From a bacterium (GTDB lineage Bacteria; UBA8248; JACPRG01; G963555815), in NCBI GenBank assembly GCA_963555815.3, contig CAUVWX020000002.1, positions 352,001 through 416,000 on the forward strand: DNA of 64,000 nt. Reading direction: 5' to 3'. The notes under the pieces were generated by a model. That model had not been told where the DNA came from, made no database searches, and saw nothing but the letters and a program-made list of their open reading frames with translations. Shown piece by piece: positions 57,851 through 64,000 of this stretch (its first letter is position 1; every line of letters starts with the position of its first letter). The position numbers and the translations under genes were made by a program.

Positions 57851-57855
57851 GTCCC

Positions 57856-58149
57856 ATGGGCGACGAGGCGAGACGTCATACCATCGCAGTTCTGGTGGAA
57901 AATAAATTCGGTGTCCTGGCCCGGGTCGCTGGGTTTTTCAGCAGCCGGGGCTTCAATATTGAGAGCCTCTCGGACATTTTCCGCGCTAAGGTGGTGGACG
58001 TCTCCCCCAAGACATACACCTTGGAGGTGACCGGGGATCAGGGGAAGATCCGGGCCATGCTCGACCTCCTGCATCCTTACGGCGTCAAGGAGATCGCCCG
58101 CTCGGGCAAGGTGGCCCTCGCCCGAGGAACTCAGGCCATGAAAACATGA
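57856..58149 (+). pseudogene. ilvN: Second acetolactate synthase small subunit with an in-frame internal deletion
   Basis: ENKFGVLARVAG.FS.RGFNIESLS is joined directly to DIFRAKVVDV...EIARSG; about 70 codons shorter than the adjacent copy. Confidence 0.82.
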
Positions 58150-58802
58150 AGATGGCGGTGAACAGCCGAAGGCGTCTTCCCATCGCGAGAGAAGGGTACC
58201 TCTACTTCGGGGTAGGGGCTCTTGCGGCCCTTCTCGCCGGCTTCCTGGGTTGGCCCATCCTGGCAGCGGGGCTCGGCGTCCTCGCCCTTTTTGTGGCCTA
58301 CTTCTTCAGGGACCCGGAGCGTCCTATCCCCAAGGACCCCCTGGCCATCCTCTCCCCTGCCGACGGCCGTGTGGTTCTCATTCAAAAGCCCCAACGGGAG
58401 GTTGACCCGGGCGGGGGGTCTATCCAGATTAGCATCTTCCTCTCTCTTTTCAATGTCCACGTGAACCGATCGCCTCTTGGAGGACGGGTCCTTTCCACCG
58501 ATTACCGACCGGGGCGTTTTCTGGCGGCCTTCAAGTCCGAGGCCTCTGATCTGAACGAGCAAAATGCAATTCAAATTGACAATGGTAATCTAAAGGTGAC
58601 GGTGAGACAGATCGCGGGGTTTTTGGCCCGACGCATCGTCTGCTGGGCCGAGCCCGGCGATGAGGTGGCGCCAGGCGAACGCCTCGGACTGATCCGATTC
58701 GGCTCTCGTGTAGACCTCATTCTCCCCGCAGGAGTCCGTCTCGAGGTGGCCGAAGGGGATCGGGTGAAGGCGGGCAAGGACATCGTGGCCTGGGTCCGCT
58801 AG
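58146..58802 (+). CDS. psd: Phosphatidylserine decarboxylase proenzyme
   Basis: FFRDPER, SPADG, FNVHVNRSP, QIAG..ARRI and IRFGSRVD motifs. Confidence 0.93.
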   Translation: MKMAVNSRRRLPIAREGYLYFGVGALAALLAGFLGWPILAAGLGVLALFVAYFFRDPERPIPKDPLAILSPADGRVVLIQKPQREVDPGGGSIQISIFLSLFNVHVNRSPLGGRVLSTDYRPGRFLAAFKSEASDLNEQNAIQIDNGNLKVTVRQIAGFLARRIVCWAEPGDEVAPGERLGLIRFGSRVDLILPAGVRLEVAEGDRVKAGKDIVAWVR

Positions 58803-58818
58803 AGGAGGACTACTTTTC

Positions 58819-59562
58819 ATGCGTCCGCGGGTAAAGCAGGGAATCCTCCTGGTCCCCAGCCTTCTCACAACGGCCAACGCCTTCGCAGGGTTCTACGCTC
58901 TGATTGCCGCCCTGAATGGGCTTGTCTATCAGGCAGGGGCCGCCATCCTTCTGGCCATGCTTTTTGACATCCTAGACGGCCGGGTGGCCCGCTACACCCG
59001 TTCGGCCAGTCGCTTTGGCCTGGAGTATGACGCCCTGGTCGACCTCCTCTCCTTCGGGGTGGCCCCGGGGATTCTTCTCTACACCTGGGCCCTTCAGCCC
59101 CACGGTCGGATGGGATGGTTGGCAGTCTTCCTCTATGTCATCTGTGGGGCGCTTCGCCTGGCCCGGTTCAATGTCCAGAGCCGGCCCGAGAAGGCCGGAG
59201 ACTTTGTGGGCCTTCCCACCCCCGGTGCCGCGGGTGTTGTGGCCGCAGCGGTTATGTTCTTTGAGAAATTCGCCCCGCTGCCCGTCCCCCCTGCCCTCGG
59301 GGTGGCCCTCATGGCTTACTGCCTGGCCTTCCTCATGGTGAGCAATCTTCGCTACCGCAGTTTTAAGAAACTGCAGCTCCGGGAGAGAAAGCCTTTCCAC
59401 CTCCTGGTCGGCTCAGTTCTCCTCCTGATAGTGGTGGCCGCCTTTCCCCACCTTTCCCTCTTCCTTGCCCTGTTCGCCTACGCCTTATCAGGACCCGCAG
59501 AGAGGCTGTGGTCTCTCGCGCGAGTCAGGGTGAGAAGGCTTGCCAAGGAGACCGAGAACTGA
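58819..59562 (+). CDS. pssA: CDP-diacylglycerol--serine O-phosphatidyltransferase
   Basis: DILDGRVAR...FG...D...D..SFGVAP, RLARFN and FVGLP.P motifs. Confidence 0.93.
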   Translation: MRPRVKQGILLVPSLLTTANAFAGFYALIAALNGLVYQAGAAILLAMLFDILDGRVARYTRSASRFGLEYDALVDLLSFGVAPGILLYTWALQPHGRMGWLAVFLYVICGALRLARFNVQSRPEKAGDFVGLPTPGAAGVVAAAVMFFEKFAPLPVPPALGVALMAYCLAFLMVSNLRYRSFKKLQLRERKPFHLLVGSVLLLIVVAAFPHLSLFLALFAYALSGPAERLWSLARVRVRRLAKETEN

Positions 59563-59580
59563 GGGGCAATCTTGTTCTTG

Positions 59581-59608
59581 TTGACACGACCAGGACCATC
59601 CATAGTAT
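59581..59608 (+). promoter_or_regulatory. Putative promoter for lptD
   Basis: TTGACA-16 nt-TAGTAT. Confidence 0.5.
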
Positions 59609-59642
59609 CCTCCAACTGACCTGAATTCATTGACCCGGGTCG

Positions 59643-61892
59643 GTGAGAACCGGCCGGGTAAGGATTCCTTTACAACTACGACTCCTTCAGAGGGCCTCTT
59701 TGCGATTCGGGTGTCGGTTCATCCCCGTCTGGGTATGTCTTTGGCTCCTGGGAGGAATTTTAGGGGCGCCGGCGGTCGTGCTGGCTCAGGTCCCTCCCCC
59801 CCCCGCGGAAAGACCGCCCCTGAGGGTGGCTCCCCCGGGAATTCCCCCCGAAGCCCTTCTGCCAAGACAAGAGGCCGAGATCCTGGCCGACTCTCTGGTC
59901 GAGGACGCTGAACGCGGTCTCATCGTAGGAGAGGGTTTTGTCGAGGTCCGCTACCTTCACAATGTCCTTCAGGCAGACCGGGTGGAGATCGATACCGAGA
60001 CAGGAGATGGGGTGGCCATCGGCAATGTGATCTTTGAAGACAGGGAAAGCCGTTTGGTTTGTGATCGGCTGGAGTTCAATCTGCGCTCCCAACAGGGTCT
60101 CCTCTATGGGGTCCACGGTCAGCTGGGGGGCGTTTACAACATCACGGCGCCGAGAATGGATCGGCTAGACCAGAAGCGCTACCGAATACACCAAGGGGGC
60201 TTCACGACCTGCTCGGGGCCGGTTCCCCTCTGGACATTCGGATCCCAGAGCGCTTTCGTCGAGCTAGAGGGGCACGCCTTCATCAACCAGCCCACGTTTT
60301 GGGTGCTGGGTGTCCCGGTCGCCTATATCCCCTACCTCGTGGTCCCCATCCGGACCGAGCGGGCGTCGGGCCTTCTTGTCCCCACCATCGGCTTCGGAGG
60401 CCGCGACGGGTACCGTTATGACCAGGATTTCTTCTGGGCATTTTCGGATCATGGGGACGCCACCGTTGGCGTGGACTATCGCACTCGCAGGGGCTTTGCC
60501 CCCAAGGGGGAGTTCCGCTATCGCCTGGGCGCCGAGACCCTAGGTTCTTTGGATGCTAAATTCCTGAGCGATGATCTGACGAACGAGAGTTTTTATCGCT
60601 TCAGGGGAAACCACGAACAGGAATTCAGCGAGGACTTCCGTGCTTTCTACCGCGCCGAATGGGTAAACCGCGGTGATTTTGACCAGGAATTGGAGCAGGA
60701 CCTTGGCCTGAGGACCCGAAACCGGGTTGAGTCCATAGTGAATGTCGAGAAGAACTGGGATGCCGCCTCAGCCCGCTTCACGGGGCTCTTCCAGGACAGC
60801 ACGGAAAAGATCCAGGATGACTTCTTCCGCCGATTTCCGCAGCTTGAATTCAACCTCTCCCCATCCGCCTGGGACCTGGGCCCCATCGGAGTCGCCACCT
60901 CCCTCGGCACCTCGGCTATCCAGTTCTCCCGCCGGCAGGACCAAATCGAAGACCGCATCTGGCGCCTCGACCTGAGGCCCCGCGTGTCAATTCCCTTTTC
61001 AGGGCTGGGGTGGCTCTCCTTCACCCCCTTTGCCGAGGCCCGCGGCACGTTCTACTCGAGAGGTCGAAACTCGAATGGAAACGAGGTTGCCTCCTTCAGC
61101 CGGGAGCTTTGGCAGACGGGGGCCAGCGCCGATGGCCCCCGTCTTTTTCGAACTTTCGACACGGGGGTCGAAAGGGTGCCGGCCATCCGCCACCTGGCGA
61201 CCACCCGGTTCACATACACCTTCCGACCTGATATCGATCGGGAGGACAGGGGACAGATCGTTCCGTTCGATGGTGTGGACGATATTTCGCCGACGAACAG
61301 CATTCAGTACACCTGGGAACACAGATTTCTCGCCAGGGTCGAAAAAGAGGATGGCGTCTTTGAGACCCAGGACGTACTGGACATCACCCTCTCTCAGAGC
61401 CTGAACCTCAACGAGTTCACCGAGTCCACGGGAGGTCGCCAGCGTCGCCCCCTAAGCGACTTGACCCTTTCGACCCAATTCCGACCCTTTTCGCTCTGGC
61501 GCCTCGGTTTCAGCGCCAGCTACGACATTTACGATGAGATTGTGGAGAGCTACCGGATCAGTGTGGACGTGCGCCAGGGAAGGGCATGGTTCCTGCGGTT
61601 TGAGGACAGCTTCAACAACCGAACGGATGAGCTATTCATCAGCGCAGCGGGGGGTATTCGGCTCTTCGACGTGTGGCATGCCGAGACCAACCTAATCTGG
61701 GATGGAGATCAGAGAGAGCTCCTTGAGCAGGACTACCGCCTGCGCTTCCAATCCTGCTGCTGGGGATTCGATCTCGGCATCCAGGATCGACCACAGGAGA
61801 CGGTTTTCTTCTTCTCATTCAACCTGGTGGGGGTCTTTGGCGCGGCGGATGCCCCGATATTCCAGTTCGGGGGATCTGAAACCTCTCCCTAG
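59643..61892 (+). CDS. lptD: LPS-assembly protein LptD
   Basis: N-terminal beta-jellyroll region, FTTC, R.SGLL.P, beta-barrel strands, C-terminal SCCW. Confidence 0.85.
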   Translation: MRTGRVRIPLQLRLLQRASLRFGCRFIPVWVCLWLLGGILGAPAVVLAQVPPPPAERPPLRVAPPGIPPEALLPRQEAEILADSLVEDAERGLIVGEGFVEVRYLHNVLQADRVEIDTETGDGVAIGNVIFEDRESRLVCDRLEFNLRSQQGLLYGVHGQLGGVYNITAPRMDRLDQKRYRIHQGGFTTCSGPVPLWTFGSQSAFVELEGHAFINQPTFWVLGVPVAYIPYLVVPIRTERASGLLVPTIGFGGRDGYRYDQDFFWAFSDHGDATVGVDYRTRRGFAPKGEFRYRLGAETLGSLDAKFLSDDLTNESFYRFRGNHEQEFSEDFRAFYRAEWVNRGDFDQELEQDLGLRTRNRVESIVNVEKNWDAASARFTGLFQDSTEKIQDDFFRRFPQLEFNLSPSAWDLGPIGVATSLGTSAIQFSRRQDQIEDRIWRLDLRPRVSIPFSGLGWLSFTPFAEARGTFYSRGRNSNGNEVASFSRELWQTGASADGPRLFRTFDTGVERVPAIRHLATTRFTYTFRPDIDREDRGQIVPFDGVDDISPTNSIQYTWEHRFLARVEKEDGVFETQDVLDITLSQSLNLNEFTESTGGRQRRPLSDLTLSTQFRPFSLWRLGFSASYDIYDEIVESYRISVDVRQGRAWFLRFEDSFNNRTDELFISAAGGIRLFDVWHAETNLIWDGDQRELLEQDYRLRFQSCCWGFDLGIQDRPQETVFFFSFNLVGVFGAADAPIFQFGGSETSP

Positions 61893-61923
61893 GTCCTGCT
61901 GAATCATGGACCGGCATAATCTG

Positions 61924-61952
61924 TTGATTCCAAACCAAGCGTATGGTAGCGT
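61924..61952 (+). promoter_or_regulatory. Putative promoter for sigma-pgsA-plsY
   Basis: TTGATT-17 nt-TAGCGT with an extended TG. Confidence 0.4.
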
Positions 61953-62014
61953 ATTTTTGGGAGGAGTTGTGTTTCTCTTCGAAGTTTGGTGACCTCTCTA
62001 GGGCCTGGAAAAGG

Positions 62015-62881
62015 ATGGGCCAAACGTCGGAACCCGAAGAAAGGGACTATCGGCAAGTCACCGAAGACTCTCTCTCCTCCTACCTCAGGGATATTCGGGG
62101 CATCCCGGTCCTGAGCCGTAAGGAGGAGCAAGTCCTGGCAAGGCGGGTCCGCGCGGGCAATATGAAGGCTAAGGATCAGCTCATCCGCAGCAACCTGAAA
62201 TATGTGGTGAGTGTTGCCAACAAGTACAAAGGTTGTGGCCTCTCGCTCCTCGACCTCATCAACGAGGGCAACATCGGTCTCATCCAGGCGACCAGACGCT
62301 TTGACCCTGACAGAGGGGTGAAGTTCATCACTTATGCTGTGTGGTGGATCCGTCAGTCCATCATGCACGCCCTCGCCGAACAAGCGGGAACGGTCCGCCT
62401 GCCCATCAAGCAGGCCGGCAAGCTGTACCGGATTGGGGCGAAATATCAGGAACTGAAGCAGACCCAAGGCCGCGAACCCACCACAGAGGAACTGGCCTCA
62501 GAGTTGGATCAGACCGCCGCGCAAATCGATTCCATCTTGCGGGTCTACCGGAACCATCTGTCCCTGGATGCCCCCATCACAGACGGCGGTGAGACCACCT
62601 ACATCGATCTCCTGGAATCTAAGGATATGCCGTCTGTGGAGGACCACTTGGTCCGGAGCTCCCTCACCCAGGAGATCGACCATCTCCTTAAAGAGCTTCC
62701 AGCCCGGGAGGAGCAGATCCTGCGCATGCGGTTCGGCTTTCAAGGAGAGCCCATGACACTCGAGCAGATTGGCAAGAAGGTCAGACTCTCCCGCGAACGC
62801 GTCCGCCAGATTGAGAAAAAGGCCAAGCACAGCCTGATGGCGCGGGCGCGCGTAAAAGCGCTGCAGGATTATCTGAACTAG
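62015..62881 (+). CDS. RpoD/SigA-family sigma factor lacking region 1.1
   Basis: YLRDI, DLINEGNIGL, FITYAVWWIRQ, TLEQIG and SRERVRQIE motifs. Confidence 0.92.
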   Translation: MGQTSEPEERDYRQVTEDSLSSYLRDIRGIPVLSRKEEQVLARRVRAGNMKAKDQLIRSNLKYVVSVANKYKGCGLSLLDLINEGNIGLIQATRRFDPDRGVKFITYAVWWIRQSIMHALAEQAGTVRLPIKQAGKLYRIGAKYQELKQTQGREPTTEELASELDQTAAQIDSILRVYRNHLSLDAPITDGGETTYIDLLESKDMPSVEDHLVRSSLTQEIDHLLKELPAREEQILRMRFGFQGEPMTLEQIGKKVRLSRERVRQIEKKAKHSLMARARVKALQDYLN

Positions 62882-62957
62882 CCCCGGGGGCATGCCAGCT
62901 GTGGCCGGGGGGCCCATTCGGAGAACACCCGATCTCGAGAGGTTGAAGACTCGGCCG

Positions 62958-63551
62958 ATGACTCAATTCGCTCAAAAGACTAAGCTTCGTTGGGTCGTTC
63001 CCCAGACGAAACTTTCTACACCCAACAAGATCACTATCCTTCGGATCTTCCTTGCGCCGGCCCTCGTCATCATCTTCCTCTCCCCCACCTTGTGGAGCGC
63101 CCACCTGGCGGCTTTGCTCATCGCGCTCGGCTCGCTTTCGGACTGGCTCGACGGCCATCTGGCCAGGCGATGGTCGGCTGAGACCGACCTCGGACGCCTC
63201 CTGGACCCCCTCGCAGACAAGCTCCTCCTCATTGCCGCCCTGGTCCCACTGGTGGCCTTGGACCGAGTGCCGGTCTGGATGGCAGCTATCCTCATCGGTC
63301 GGGACATGGCCGTCACAGGCATGAGGGCAGTGAGCGCAAAGCGGGGGCTTGTCATCAGTTCAAGCCGCGTGGGAAAACACAAGACCGGCCTGCAGGTGAT
63401 CGCCGTCATCCTGCTCATCTTGGACTACCATTGGGTTGGCCCGAGCTTCTGGGTCCTCGGAATGATTCTCCTGTCGGTATCGCTGGTCCTGAGCCTCCTC
63501 TCTGGGTTTGATTATTCCCGTCAAGTCTGGCGCCAGGTAGAACCACGCTGA
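62958..63551 (+). CDS. pgsA: CDP-diacylglycerol--glycerol-3-phosphate 3-phosphatidyltransferase
   Basis: PNKIT.LR, SDWLDG.LAR...G..LDPLADK and GK.KT..Q motifs. Confidence 0.92.
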   Translation: MTQFAQKTKLRWVVPQTKLSTPNKITILRIFLAPALVIIFLSPTLWSAHLAALLIALGSLSDWLDGHLARRWSAETDLGRLLDPLADKLLLIAALVPLVALDRVPVWMAAILIGRDMAVTGMRAVSAKRGLVISSSRVGKHKTGLQVIAVILLILDYHWVGPSFWVLGMILLSVSLVLSLLSGFDYSRQVWRQVEPR

Positions 63552-63571
63552 GCCTGCTGGATCCCACGTCC

Positions 63572-64000
63572 ATGGCCTGGCTCCTCGCCCTGGGAAGCTA
63601 TCTGCTCGGGTCGATCCCCTTCGGCCTCCTCCTTGCCAAGGTTCACGGGGTGGAGATCCGAAGCAGGGGCACCGGCAACATCGGGGCCAGCAATGTGGCC
63701 CGATCCATCGGACTCGGCAAGGGGGTTCTCGTCCTGCTGGGTGACACGGGCAAAGGGTTCCTGCCGGCCTTTGTGGCAGCGGCCTTGGGGCTCTCGGCGG
63801 GATGGACGGGGACGATGGCTTTGGTGGCGATCCTGGGGCATGTCTATCCGCCCTGGCTTCGCTTTCGTGGCGGGAAGGGGGTTGCCACTACCTGGGGGGC
63901 CTTCCTGGCGGTGGCTCCCTTGTCGGCCCTTGCGGCGGCCGGGCTCTTCGGCCTCGTCTTCGCCCTCACCCGGAAGATTTCCCCAGCTTCAATGCTCGCA
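63572..64000 (+). CDS. plsY: Glycerol-3-phosphate acyltransferase PlsY (runs off the window end)
   Basis: SYLLGSIPFG, GTGNIGASNVAR, D.GKG, GHVYP and FRGGKGVAT motifs. Confidence 0.92.
   Translation, partial: MAWLLALGSYLLGSIPFGLLLAKVHGVEIRSRGTGNIGASNVARSIGLGKGVLVLLGDTGKGFLPAFVAAALGLSAGWTGTMALVAILGHVYPPWLRFRGGKGVATTWGAFLAVAPLSALAAAGLFGLVFALTRKISPASMLA

Overview
GC-rich bacterial chromosomal window from a diderm organism (it encodes LptD, BamD and a secretin). Features: (1) 1-6.2 kb is an accessory island with a type I restriction-modification system (intact hsdR; fused hsdM-hsdS carrying a premature TAA and an in-frame palindromic insert), bounded by a decayed ECF sigma gene. (2) moeA, a triply disrupted comEC, hisS, fxsA and a K+ channel. 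(3) A rhodanese-cysteine synthase operon preceded by a structured 43-codon uORF ending in RSPP, a candidate arrest-peptide attenuator. (4) A glucosylglycerate-type compatible-solute cluster. (5) A Tad/Flp pilus locus with an unusual diverged CpaC-N/CpaB-C chimeric gene, a DUF192-methyltransferase fusion and a tandem-domain lipoprotein. (6) A speD-pdaD-speE-speB polyamine operon. (7) A CHASE2-adenylate cyclase/SH3/M48 peptidase cassette. (8) Assorted metabolic and redox genes. (9) A housekeeping run: atp Fo genes, rex, tsaB, ilvB, two ilvN, psd, pssA, lptD, sigma, pgsA, plsY. Several genes are split at G/C homopolymers, probably sequencing indels, while others carry apparently real nonsense or deletion scars. 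No rRNA, tRNA or CRISPR array was seen. All family assignments come from motif recognition by eye, not database searches.
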